Shown in pieces: positions 1-12,914 of a stretch of DNA of 64,000 nucleotides. The stretch is from Callorhinchus milii. Its lineage: Eukaryota. The DNA lies in assembly GCF_018977255.1 (NCBI RefSeq), contig NW_024704742.1, positions 104,410,001 to 104,474,000 of the forward strand, in the 5' to 3' direction. A program made the position numbers and the translations under genes. The notes under the pieces are model-generated. The model did no database searches, was not told the origin of the DNA, and worked only from the letters and a program-made list of their open reading frames with translations. Every line of letters starts with the position of its first letter. Within the stretch, counting starts at the first letter, position 1.

Positions 1-99
1 TCACACAAGTCTGAGTCAAACAAGGATAGAGTACAAGGTGCAATCCGTAATGAACAGATTTTAACTGTTCTACCAATGCACGGACACTACTTGGGAAAA

Positions 100-500
100 C
101 TGATGACTACTTTGTGCTGCATTCAAAATGTGGAAACATTGATCTGTAAAAGTGAGTCAGATGTGCTTAATGAATACTTTGAAGATGAGCTGGAAGCTCT
201 CAAAACACTCAAATGAGCTATCTGCTTGTGGCTTGATCTTACTTTCCAAGACTCAATCACACTGACCCACCTTGGTAAATTGCCAAATAGTTATATTATT
301 GTCATTGCGATCAATTACTTTAATTTCTAGAGGGCTTTTTAATAAACTGGAAGCACACTAGGCCACTCTGAGGGATCTCAGTTTCGAAGCAATTTGCTAT
401 CAGAGAGGGGTTCGCACAGGTTGCCCACGATGAAAGTGTCTCCTTAATAAGGAATCCCATTCAAAATTGTTGCTCATGAGATCTCAATACCATCCAATGG
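100..500 (+). mobile_element. Highly decayed CR1-like ORF2 fragment
   Basis: Remnants DVLNEYF and frameshifted FQDS and W/KIAN motifs. Confidence 0.45.
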
Positions 501-865
501 GCAACTTTCCTTAATCCATCCGCCTCTATTTACATAGCAGTACGTAGGAATCCAGTTGTTAGTCGATTGGCAAACGCTTTTCCGGGGGCAATAATCCATT
601 CAAAAAAAATACTAATGTGGTCATTTAATCTACTCCTGTTTATGGGATGCTGCTGTGCACAATTGGCTGCTGCATTTCGCCCACAAAATATACAGTCTAT
701 TCACTTTACAGTTTATTCTGTGAAGTGCTTTGAGACGTCTAGAAGACGTGAAAAGCGCTATATCAAATGCAAGGATTATTATATTGTTATTCTGTGAAGC
801 ACTTCGAGATGTCACAAAGCTGTGATAAGACTCTATGTTAAATGCAAGGATTATTATATTATTAT
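500..865 (+). mobile_element. Headless long-form SINE with duplicated tail
   Basis: Family match; the tail occurs twice. Confidence 0.85.
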
Positions 866-2609
866 TTTAATTGGTTAACCTCTGACAGTACCTAAATGCA
901 CACTCTGGGGTCCCCAAGCTGCGGATCTTGCCAACCTAGGTCTAATACTTTCCGGATTTAAGTTAGCAGGATGCGTCCCTTCAGGGAGAGTGTGCATGCC
1001 ATTCCAGTACATGGGAATTTCCATATGTAGGTGGGGTACATGGAACGTTCAGTTTGGTTCGGATACTTGAAAGCATGCAAACAAGTTTCCGCATCTGTCA
1101 GACACCCGGCTGACCAAACAGATAAGACAGCCAGGACATCACCAAGTCCCAAAGTGATGTCTGAACTTATAATTTTCTGACTCAGAGACAAGAATGCTAC
1201 CAACAGAACCAGGCTGACAAGAGCAAATTCCACATAGCTTTCAGTATGTAACTATCAACCAATGAATCTGTGATTTTATTCTAACCTGCAAACTAGACCC
1301 CAATGTTGCAGCTTGGAAAATTAGAGAAGGTCATTTCAGCTGCTGAGGTCATTTGAAACTCCCCCAAAACGTTGCAATGTTCCTTTAAAAAAAATGATCA
1401 CTTTCATTTGAAAGTCAAAGCAATGATTTCTTCACTAAACAGCAACAGATGGTTAACCATACTATAGTTGGCAGATGACTCTAAGAGCAATCAGCTTTAT
1501 TTTTTATGCATTTCTAAAAAGTAGTGTCAATCCCTTTTGAAATAACTTCTTTTCTTTCCTATCTGGGGAGCCATCTAAAAGAATCTGCTCTGTTCATCTG
1601 TGGGAATTGTAGCTGTCTGGAGACTTATCCTTAGTGGGACTGAACTCCAGTCATGCATGGCAAAAATGTTTTTCAAAGTAATGGCATATCTACTGCCGCT
1701 GCTTTCTGGCGTTGTCTGGCTTCAGCTGCAGAATGTAATTCTCAGTTAAAGCAGAAACTAATTGTCAGACATGAAAATATTTTTATAAATCTGCTAACTA
1801 CGTCTCAATCCTCGAGAGAAAATAGTACTTCTCTCACTACATCACGCCATGTACAGTATAGGGGACCAGGAAATAACTTGTTACTCACTATTAGCAAGAC
1901 AGGTAACTGTGTTTCTAGATAGATCTGCTAAATGTTAATCAGTAGGAGAGATGATCACTTTGAATAGTCAGAACTATAGAAATTTGGAGTACAGAAGGAG
2001 GCCATGGGTTGTAAATTTCTATCCTTCTGGGTTGTAAATTTCTATCATTAAAATATATACTGTACCATCCTTTTGATGAGGCTCATTCTAAAAAAAGGTA
2101 CAGCTACATATGTGATGATGACATGTCTCGCAGTTTGGAAAGATCCAAGGCATGAAACTGCTCAAGATCTAGCCCTGAAACCATTGTGTTATAATAATCT
2201 TTGCAATTTGGTGTTGCACCTTTCAACTCAGGAGGATGTCTCAAAGAGCTTCACAGGATATACTATAACTGGGTACTTTGTGGGCGAACACGCGGCCAAT
2301 TTGCGCGCAGCAAGTGTTGGAATTTAAGTGTGTGCAGAAAATTCTTAAATTGAATCTTAATTTGAAGGTGGTTTTAATATTATAGAAATTTTTAAATTCC
2401 AAATCCTGCACAGGGTACAATTTAAGAAAACATTGTAGTTTTAACGCTACGTCTTCTGAAGCAGTTTTAATGTTAATTCCAAAGAATGAGTCTTAGTCTT
2501 TCCATGACCTAGTGTTTGCTCCAACAGAGATGATTCATTCTACCTAGAGGATTGGACAATGATGCTGGTTTGACGACATCAGGGAGGAGACTGGTTTCAA
2601 GACATCTGA

Positions 2610-3015
2610 CACTAAATGTTGCCGAAAACCTTAATTCATGCCTCTGTCACCTCCAGCCAAGACTTTTCAAACATTCTCCTTTCTAATCTCTCTGACACCA
2701 TCATCCGTAAGCTCCAACCTATCCAAAACTCTAAGTCCTTGCATTCTCACCCTCACCAAACTCTCTTTATCCCATTCCTCGCCAGGCTCCACTGTCTCCA
2801 AATGGAAGGACCATTTTCAAGGTCCTGACCCTCACCCCTTAATATAAATTCCTTAATGCCCTTGTACTTCCCTATCTCTCTGTTCCCCTCTGCTTATCTA
2901 TCTCAAGCTTGCTCCACGTCACCATCAGTGAGAGTTCAGATTTTACGCGTCTACCTGTTGAAGTCCTGCTTTAAAATCTACCTCTTTAATCGCAGCTATG
3001 GTCACCTCTCCCTGT
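2610..3015 (+). mobile_element. Old L2 3' fragment
   Basis: KTLIHASVTS..LARLHCL, degenerate. Confidence 0.75.
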
Positions 3016-4039
3016 AAAAGATGGTCTTTTGAAAACTATTGTTTCCATTAATTTCTTAAGTTAATTGTCTGATAGGGAAATGCTGATTCTTATATGATAC
3101 AAATTAATAATTTTCCAAAATTGAAACATAGGATCTGGATCTAAGGATCTCCATTCTTGCATTTATTCAGCTTTTACTCTCCAGCATTTGTTTTTTGTCC
3201 ATAATGTTCTGCTATAAGCTACAGGAAATAAACAGGAGAAGCTGCTGTTTACTATACAGAAACGTTGGCTTTCAACCAACCTTAATCCAATAAGCCAGAG
3301 ACAAACAGGAAATCTTTTGGCAGCATTAAAGAAGGTTCATGGCAGAGAAAGTACTGGTTTTGAGCCAAAACTACAAAAAACACAGGATACTGTATTTAAT
3401 GAGTTTTACTGCAATCTTTCACATACACTGTGAAAGATATTCTAAACAATGAACAAGTGTGTATTTTTGACTCTGACGGTAAATAGAATTGCCACAGTTC
3501 ATGATCGCCAAAATATTAATCTCCCCTATTAACAAAAAATATCCTGTAATAATCAGTAACCAGTAATAATAAAAAAAAGTTCAAACAAAAGTTATTCAGT
3601 GTACCACCATTTACTATATTTGTCTGGTTTTAGCTTTATCATATGCCATCTGAAGCCTGCTAGCTTTCAAAAGGCCTTTAACTTCCAGCTTCACACAAGT
3701 TCGCTTCTGTGGAGTCCATGCTGTGTATGTTGATTTCCCCATAGCTACAAACAATAGCCCAGACTGACCCAGGACAGATGATTCACAAATCATGATTACA
3801 TTTCCCAGTCTCTTCCTCACTATGTGAGCAATTGCTAATTATAGTAATTTAATAAATACAAGTTAAGAAACTGTATAAATAGTGCAAAATGTAAAGGATT
3901 GAGTAAAATATATAAAATAAAGAAAATAACAGAAAATAAACAATAATCACCAGTTTCAAAAGATTTCACACAGCAACACATGCTTTCAAAGCAACTAAAA
4001 AATCATAGGTTGCTTTTGGTGTCTCTCTGTGTCTTGCAG

Positions 4040-4710
4040 ACTTCCTCAACTGTCTTTTCTTCCCCACATCCAAGCCATGACCCGCTCTGCCTTCCCTCAC
4101 CTCTGTAACATCGCCCGACTCCACCACTACCTCACCCCTCAGGCCGCTGGAACTCTTGTTCATAGATTCATCACATCCAGGCTCGTCTCTGCAAATGCCC
4201 TGCTTGTCGGCCTTCCCAACTCCTCCCTCCACAGGCTGCAGATAATCCAGAACTCTACAGCCCGTGTCCTCTCCTGCACCAAACTCCGTGATCCCATCTC
4301 CCCCACTCTCGCCCGACTACATTGGCTCCCTATCCTTCAGAGGATCCAGTTCAAGATCCTGGTCCTCACCTACAAAGCCCTCCATGGCCTCGCCCCACCC
4401 TACCTCTGTGACCTCCTAACTCCCTACCAACCCACCCGTTCCCTCCGCTCAGCCGGCTCTGGCCTGCTCCACATCCCCTGACCCACCAGCCCCACCATTG
4501 GCGGGAGAGCCTTCAGCCACTCTGCCTCCAACCTCTGGAACTCCATCCCCCAATCACTCCGCCTCGCTCCCTCCTTAGCCTCCTTCAAGTCCCACCTCAA
4601 AACCCTCCTCTTCAACCATGCCATCGGCCACCCCCCTTCCCCTCCCCTCCCTTTCCCCCCCCCAACCCCAGCTCGGGTCTGAAATGCTGTACTCTGTCCA
4701 GCGCCTTCCT
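4040..4710 (+). mobile_element. L2 LINE 3' fragment
   Basis: LHWLPILQRIQFKILVLTYKALHGLAPPYL motif and L2 3' UTR. Confidence 0.92.
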
Positions 4711-4949
4711 GGCCAACAATCCCCCTAATAAAATTGATCACTCATTTGTGGGACTTGTGGGACATTGAAAGACTTTTCACAGGACATACTGTAAAGTGAT
4801 ATTACTTTACTTGGACATTTAAAATCAGCCAGAATTTTGGAAGTTTCTTAAATTCAATGCTTACTTGGAGTTGTTTCCAGTTGCGTAATAGCAGCATCCA
4901 AATTGAGTAAATTTAAGAAGTTTCCAAAATTCTACACAACCTTAATTTA

Positions 4950-7900
4950 AAGACAATTGTCTTGAGACTTAGACCATAAAGAATTGCAAGCCTTTGATCT
5001 GTTCATAAAGGCGATTTGTAACTTAGGAAATTTTGTAAAATGTCATGGAATAGAAGTGAGTGACTGACATTGTCCTTGAATGATTTTTTGATCTGGTCTT
5101 CTCTGCTATGAAGATAAACCATTTGCCCGCCCACTGTTCTATTCTATCCATGTTTATTCTGGTGATTCGGCTGCCCTTGTCTTTTGCATATAGAGCTAAC
5201 CATTTTGCAGATTACAGTGTCATCCGGAAAGAAAATAAACATCACTCTTGATCCATCAAGTTGTCCATGATGTTAATAAACAGTCTTGGGTCAAACGTAC
5301 TTCTTTTAGTGGCTTTGTGATAAGAAGACAAATGTTCCCTTACTCTGATTCAACGTTTGAGGAAATTGTACATCCAGTTCTGCAGCTCATCAGTTATAGT
5401 AGGAGCCCCGTTTCCGCTAAATACGACTTTATAAATGATAAGGCTGCACACTTCTCCAACGTTTTGCTGGAAGCCAGAGAATCAGTGTATTTACGATGCA
5501 TGAGGTTATCACTCATCAACCAGTTTGGGTTGAAACCAACTTGTTAACCTAATTCTCTATCATGCTGTAACTGAGACATTGCAAGAGTTTCTCTTGCACT
5601 GATTTCCTTGACTTTTAGCATGATTAGCAGGAAATGCAAACTGCTATTCAGTTAGGTCATTCTGATTGCTGTATGTGGATAGGCAATTTGCTTGCTGCTT
5701 TACACTCAGATGGGAGAAGCCAGGTCACTTAAAATAGATTAGTAAAACAAGCAGATTATGGGTTAATTAGGGACAGGCAGCACGGATTTGTTAAAAGCAA
5801 ATCTTGTCTAACAAATCTAATAGAATTTTTCGATGAGGTAACGGAGAGGGTGGATAAAGTTAATGCAGCTGATGTAGTTTATATGGACTTTCAAAAGGCA
5901 TTTGACAAAGTGCCACATGAAAGACTTGTAAGAAAGATAGAAGCCCATGGTATAAAAGGGAGAGTGGCAGCATGGATCCAGAACTGGCTGGAAGACAGAA
6001 AGCAGAGAGTTGTGGTGAACGGCTGCTTTTCTGACTAGAGAGAAGTGTACAGTGGTGTCCCGCAGGGATCGGTATTAGGACCACTGCTCTTCTTAATACA
6101 CATTAATGATCTTAACATGGGAACAGCAAACACCCTTTCCAAGTTTGCGGACGACACAAAGTTAGGTAGGGTGGTAAACTGTGAGAAGGATAGGAGTTAA
6201 CTGCAGGAAGACCTAGACAGAATGGTAAAATGGGCAGACACATGGCAGATGAGTTTCAATGTAGAGAAATACGAAGTAATGCATTTTGGTAGAAAGAATG
6301 AGGGGAGGCAATACAGGCTGGTAATACAATCTTAAGGGGGGTAAAAGAACAGAGAGACCTGGGGGTGCAGGTAAATGAAAACTTGAAGGTGGCAGGACAG
6401 GTAGATAAGGCTGTAAAAAGAACAAGTGGAATTCTAGGCATTATAAATAGGGGCACAGAGTACAAGAGTCAAGAGGTTATGATTAACCTATATAAAACAC
6501 TGGTTAGGCCTCAGTTAGAATACTGTGCCCAGTTCTGGGCACCACACTATAGTAAGGATGTTAAGGTATTGGAAAGGGTGCAGAGGAGATTTACGAGGAT
6601 GGTACCAGGACTGAGGGACCTTGATTATGAGGAAAGGCTAGAGAGGCTTGGATTATTCTCATTGGGGCAGAGAAGGTTACGAGGAGACCTAATAGAGGTC
6701 TTCAAAATTATGAGGGGATTTGATAGGTTAGAAAGGAAAAAACTGTTTCCACTGGTGGGTGTGTCGGTGACTCGAGGTCACAGATTCAAAATAGTATCTA
6801 AAAGAAGCAGAGGGAAGGTGAGAAGAAATTTTTCACGCAGCGAGTTGTTCGAATCTGGAACGCATTGCCTCAAAGGGTGGTCGAGGCCGATTCGATAACT
6901 ACTTTTAAAAACGCGGTGGATGGGTATTTGAGGAGGACGGTTTTGCAGGGTTATGGGGAACGTGCTGGGGAGTGGGATTGACATTAATTGCTCTATTCAA
7001 AGAGCCGGCACAAACTTGATGGGCCAAATGGCCTCTTTTGGTGCTGTACAATTCTATGATTCTATGATTCTATGATGGGATAGGGCATTGAGAAGTCAAA
7101 CTCCTATACGGCAAGGTCAGCTTTTGTGAGTTAAAGCTCTTGAAGGAGATTGATTAATGTTTTAGGCTTTGATCTTTTGTTGATGGAGTTGCTACACTTC
7201 ATTGGATTGTTACACTTCATTGGATGTCGTTGAATTTTCATAACTGCACCATATTCTGAAATATAGCACATGAATCAGGTCTCTTGAGAGGAACTATGGT
7301 GCATTGGACCGCCATGTTGGAAATAACTTGATCATTTTCTAGAAGTCTTTCTGTCTGAGTATCATAGAATTTGGAGCTGATCTTAGATTAGTTCCTCTTG
7401 TGAACTGATGCCAGTCTTTCCATATAAAGACTTGGTGTACAGACAGACTTCTCTGTCCTTGTTCCTTGATCTTTCCCATGTGCAGAAGCACTTCAGTTAT
7501 TGGCTATTTCTGCAGCACAATTTTATTTAAACTAGAGCTGCAAGGCAATGTCGGATTTTAGCTGCTCGACAGTCTGAGGTAGTAACTTTCTGTTTGAAAA
7601 CATTCCAGTTGGCCCAGTCACACAGCCAAACCTTGTACTTGGTATTTCTTTCAAGATATCAACAAAAAAAATGTTGGACGAAAACCAAGTGACAGCTAGA
7701 CGTGCCAACTAGTGCTTTGTTGAGTGCGTTCACATGACGAGGAGGTTGTCATTGTTTCATTGAGGTTGGCATCTAATTGCAGAGTGAATCAGTTGGGCGA
7801 AGCCATTAGGAACTACAAAAAAGCACCTCACATCCATCGTGTCCTCTTTGTTTTTATGCTTCCTAGCCGATGCTGACAATATCATTTGAAGTTGTTCTTC

Positions 7901-8050
7901 AGGAGAATAGTACATTAAAAATGGAGAATTGTATTCGGCTGATGGTATTTGACAAATATTCTCAAGTGGATTCATCAATAGGTCGTGGGTGATAAACCAA
8001 AATGCCCCTTCCTATTTCTGAAAGTTGCATCTTTTGAAGCTACTTGAATC
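4950..8050 (-). mobile_element. Ancient decayed non-LTR retrotransposon, split by the CR1 at 5735-7075
   Basis: Minus-strand RT remnants QVGF, LQNWMYNFL, PRLFINIMDNL, FPDDTVI, MDRIEQWAGKW in 5100-5550. Continuation into 7080-8050 is inferred. Confidence 0.6.
5735..7075 (+). mobile_element. 5'-truncated CR1 LINE
   Basis: RT motifs YMDFQKAFDKVPH, QGSVLGP, FADD; C-terminal LYKTLVRPQLEY; (ATTCTATG)x3 tail at 7051-7074. Confidence 0.95.
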
Positions 8051-8186
8051 CAAGTTTATTCTGCAGGAGTTTGCCAAATTCGGTTCCCCCTTCCTTTTTC
8101 AAATTGTGTCATGGGATTTTTAACGCTCATCTTTGAACAGAAAGATGAGCCCTCTGTTCAGCATCTTGTCTGTGAAGTGACACCTC

Positions 8187-8876
8187 AACAACAACAACAA
8201 CAAGATTCCATTTATAAAGCGCCTTTCACGTCAGGAGGACGTCCCAAGGCACTGCACAGTTGGGTCATGACCCGAGCAGGGGGGAAATGGTCAGGGTGAG
8301 GGGAGGGAAGGGAGGAGCGAGGAGGGGGGAAATGGTCAGGGTGAGGGGAGGGAAGGGAGGGAGCGAGGAGGGGGGAAATGGTCAGGGTGAGGGGAGGGAG
8401 CGAGGAGGGGGAAGAGAGTCGAGAGGGGAGCTGAAGGCTCGGTCAAAGAGAAAGGTTTTGAGACCGGCCTTGAAGGAGGAAAGGGAGGAAGCGGCGAAGG
8501 CACTGGGGGATAGAGTTCCAGAGCCTGGGGGCTGAGAGGCTGAAGGCCCAACCACCGATGGTAGGGCGATTGGGGCGGGGGACATGGAGCAGACCGGAGC
8601 CAGAGGAACGGAGGGTACGGGCAGGTAGGTAGGGTGATAGTAGGTTGGAGAGGTAGGAGGGAGCAAGGCCGTGAATGGCCTTGTAGGTGAGGATGAGGAT
8701 CTTGAAATCAATCCTCTGGGGATGGGGAGCCAGTGGAGGTGAGCGAGGGTGGGAGTGATGTGGTCCCGAAGCCTGGTGCGGGACAGTACACGAGCTGCAG
8801 AGTTCTGAATGACCTGCAGCTTGTGGAGGGAGGTGCCGGGAAGGCCGGCGAGGAGAGAATTCCCGTAGTCCAGCCT
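8187..8876 (-). mobile_element. Young L2 3' fragment
   Basis: (CAA)n tail at 8187; near-identical to the copy at 47581-48497. Confidence 0.95.
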
Positions 8877-9224
8877 CCAACAATATGATCAGTGCTACTT
8901 ACCCACTCCACCCCCTCACCCCCATGTTTCCTGATGAACAATCCTCCAGTGTCAGCCTAGATTATGAGCTTACATCCCGATGGGTTTGAACCCCCAACCT
9001 TCCAAACCGGAGACAGGAATGCTCCTAAATGAGCCAAACTTTCCACACCAACTGTTCTGCAGCCTCTCTACAGATATTAATTAAGGTCAATTCTGTGCTG
9101 TGAGCAAAGGACCAATAGCAACTGAATTGAGACTGTCCAATATTATTTCTAGCACCTTAGCAAACAACAAACAGAGGAGACTTTTATCCTGTTAGTCTGG
9201 GTGTCATTCAAACTAACTTTTCAG

Positions 9225-9455
9225 AGATGAAAGGTTCTTTTCGCATAAAGGGTGGTGAAAATCTGGAACTCTCTCCCCCAAAAGGCCGTAGATGCTGGAT
9301 CAATAAAAGTTTTCAAGATTGAGGTCGATAGATTTTTGTTAGGAAAGGATATCAAGCATATGGAGCAAAGACAGATCGAGGTACAGATAAGCCATGACCT
9401 AATAGAATGGTGGAAGAAGCTTGAGGAGCTGAATGGCTTACTCCTGTTCCTGTGT
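9225..9455 (+). mobile_element. CR1 3' fragment
   Basis: VVKIWNSLPQKAV..FKIEVDRFL and a CR1-type 3' UTR. Confidence 0.85.
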
Positions 9456-9844
9456 GCTAACACACTTCACCTCCCGATAACCCATAATATAAACTTTATG
9501 CAAGTTGTGCTGGGATAATTTCACGGAGATAAAATGAGATTCTCATGTGTTTTGTCTTTTATCACACAATAGGTCTAATCTGTGATATTTTTTAAAGATA
9601 TTCCGTGATAAGAAATATAATTACAGTCGATCCATGGGAACTGGGCTCCAGGGTTAGGTTGTCAGAGCACAGTTACTCCAGTTTGGGTGATAGAATTCTC
9701 AGAAAGATTCCCCATTTCGGTGACTCAGATTGTCAGTAGTTGTTAAAGAATCCTGTTAAGAAATCTCAGGGTAAATTTTGCAATGTGCTAATTAATACCT
9801 TTATACTAACAAACACTAATAATAAATGTAGTGACCTTATGGTA

Positions 9845-10160
9845 ATTGTCCTGTAGCTCAGTGGTTAGAGCATTCGCTTTGCAAGCAAGACACCTGGGTT
9901 CAATTCCAGGCAGAGGGCGAAACCTTGGGCAAGTTTCCTTACTCCACACGTCTAATAATAATCCCTCCAAAACCAAAAACAATAATAAATTGGTCATTTT
10001 CAATCTACGACTGTTTGTGGGACATTGCTGTGCGCAATTGGCTGCCGCATTCGCCCACAAATATACAGTCAATTCACTTTACAGTGTATTCTGTGAAGCG
10101 CTTTGGGACATCCTCTGTGAAAAGCGCTATATCAAATGCAAGGATTATTATTATTATTAA
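9845..10160 (+). mobile_element. tRNA-derived SINE, short subfamily
   Basis: A box TAGCTCAGTGG, B box GGTTCAATTCC, Deu-like core gggacattgctgtgcgcaattggctgcc, (ATT)n tail. Confidence 0.92.
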
Positions 10161-11094
10161 TAAACAACAGCTCCTGGAACATTGGATGTGGATGACCTCT
10201 ACCCCCCACCCCCAAAACTCTTCTCAATAGTTGCATGTGACAAGCCTCTAGTGCATTGGACTTTTAGATAGTGGGATACTGTCTTTACTAAACAATAGCA
10301 TCAGAATTTGTGAAGTTGGTAACTCACTAACTGGAATTCTGGCATGGCATGCCATGGTCCTAGCATGAACCCACAATAACTATGATTGATAAGATCACAA
10401 GGCCACTGTGTTCATAACCAAACTAAGGCCAAACCACACCTACAAAGCATCTACTGGGTAGTTGCACAATAATAATAATGATAATTCTTGGATTTGGTAT
10501 AGAGCTTCTTTATATTGTCCAAAAGTCTCCAAGTGTTTTATAGGATTTTCCAGTAATATGTTGTGACATTATTCACTTGTGAACATGGCAGCCAATTTCT
10601 GCATAACAATGTCTTACAAATAGCCATGAAGAGAATAATCAGCTTTATATTGGGGGATTGTTAGTTAGGAAACTGGGAGAAATTCCCTTCACTTTTCAAA
10701 TAGTTCCATGAGATCTTTCACATCTGCCTGAACAGGAATTTCAGGTTCACATATCTGAAGGACATCTCCTCTCAAAATACAGCATTCCCCCAGCATTGCA
10801 ATGAACTTTATGAGACCAGACATGGGGCTTGAACCCACAACCTTCAGGAATCAGAGGCAATAGTGCTACCAACTGACTTAATTTGTTATATTTCTTATTA
10901 AATGCTTTTCAATGAAACACTATGCATGATATAAAACATTCACTTTAGACACGCAAAGTTGTATAATCTCAAACAATAACCTATTGGTTTTGTCCGCGTC
11001 TGCCACCTAGTGACTATAATGTAAGCAACATCTTGCATGTCTAATTTATGAGTCGTGCAAACCATGTGTGTATGTACATGTGCACAGAGGAAAT

Positions 11095-11168
11095 TGTCCT
11101 TAATTATGTAATTAAAAACAACTGAAAAGGATTCTCTAATTCTTTTGTTAATTACATAATTAAGGACA
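11095..11168. repeat. Perfect 21-bp inverted repeat with 32-nt spacer
   Basis: TGTCCTTAATTATGTAATTAA (11095-11115) and TTAATTACATAATTAAGGACA (11148-11168). Confidence 0.95.
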
Positions 11169-12914
11169 CCTATAATTCTCTGGTTTGAACAACTCTAAAT
11201 TAAATACCAAATTCCCTCCATTTTCTCTTCAGAAGATGCTTGATTTCTTTTTGCTTGTACTCAGGTACAATTAAATGGATCTGGTCACTCTTCAAGACCT
11301 CTCTCATGTCACTGTTTTTCACTTACCCCTACTTTATATTTAGCTGGAAGAATGAGATCAACAGCAACTTATATAGCCCTTCATGTAAAATAATATTACA
11401 CAGCATTTCACACTGGGAGGATTGGGTTGGGGACCAAGCAAAGGGAGGAGTGGGAGTGGGAGGTGACCATTGAACAGTCAAATGGATCAAAGGATCTTCT
11501 TTATCCAAATCAATCTTTTGATCTTGTAAAATGATTCTCATTAAGAAAACATGTCTGGAGCCTTGATTTGCTGTATGGAAACTGTGGATGTTCGTTAAGG
11601 AAATATCTACTTGTATTATATTTGCACATTTGTACTTCTCAAACACCAGTTTCATCACCTGCATAAACAGGATGTTGCAGCTTTACGTGACTACTGTGCA
11701 CATTTTTTCCAAAGATAGATTCACCATGATTACACATTAGAGGGTACAGAGTATACATTACTGCAACTGGGTATTGTAACAACAAAGACAGGCAACACTT
11801 TTTCTAAGCATACTGAAGAGTACCTTTTGATCTTTCTAGACAATGGAAGGAGAATAATATGTAATCTATGCATTTGATATAGTGCCTTATTACATTGCTG
11901 AAATGTCGCAAAGTGCTTCTCAGGATTTTCCTGAAAGGCCTTTATAGGGAAAAATAACAATGAATTTTCACATACCGATGTTCTGCAAACATCCATAGCG
12001 TAAATAATTTTATCTGGAAGATTGTTAGCAAAATACACTCACGCCACTTCACAGCTTTGAAGTGCTTTGAGATATCCTCCTGACATGAAAGAAATTCCCT
12101 TTTCCACATACTACGACTATATTGAGTTGGATTTAAGACTTACATTCAAAATAGTCTTAGACCCTGGGTTTTATTCTGGTTAGCTGATTAGACTCCAGCA
12201 GTACCACAATGCATACACTGGGGTCTCCAAGCCTTGGCTCTTGCTAACCTGCACCTAATACTTTACCGTATTCAGTAAGCAAGATGGGTCCCTCCAGGGA
12301 GAGAGTGGTCATTCCATTCCAACAATTATCTCTGGATTTTCCATTTGTAGATGGGATCCATGGAGGCTTGCCATATGCACCTTTTGAGAATTGTTTTGGT
12401 TTGGATACTCTTTAACATAGTGCTGGGTTTCACATGTGTAAGGCATTCAGCTGGCCCCTCAAAAATTTGAGGAGATTATTATTTTTGATTTTCTTTTGTT
12501 TAAACATGCACATGTTGAGAAGTGTTCATCAGCGGAGCATTAGTTCCTTCCTGTGTGTATAACTTTGACAGAAGGAACATATTCATTTCTAAATCCCAGA
12601 AAGAGCAACCGCATGGCAGTTGGTTGTGAATGTGATCTTTGTAGATACAAGTAAAGCAGATGTTATTTATGGAATTCTGTTTTTGTTATCAAATCTACAC
12701 AGAAGTATAGCCAAATTCATGCTAAATAAGGAGTTGAAAATCCTGAAATGAATCATGACAGAAGCAGGCTGCCAAAATAGAAAAATATTTGTAAAAATAC
12801 ATGCAAATTGTGCCCACTGATTTATCCTCTACAAATAGGTTTCACAAATGTTCCTGAGTGGTCCTTTGGTGCTAGTGCGGAGTACAGCTCTGTGCAGAGT
12901 GTTCCTTAGTCCTC

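Noticed and set aside
1..216. Open frame at the window start
   Set aside because: It contains the CR1-like DVLNEYF motif and continues into decayed CR1 motifs.
567..797. Recurrent small ORFs ending in [11 protein letters not shown] (also 9846, 15869, 45403, 51832)
   Set aside because: These are translations of SINE copies, not a peptide gene family.
9845..9922. tRNA-Ala gene
   Set aside because: It continues directly into the SINE body and tail with no terminator, so it is a SINE head.
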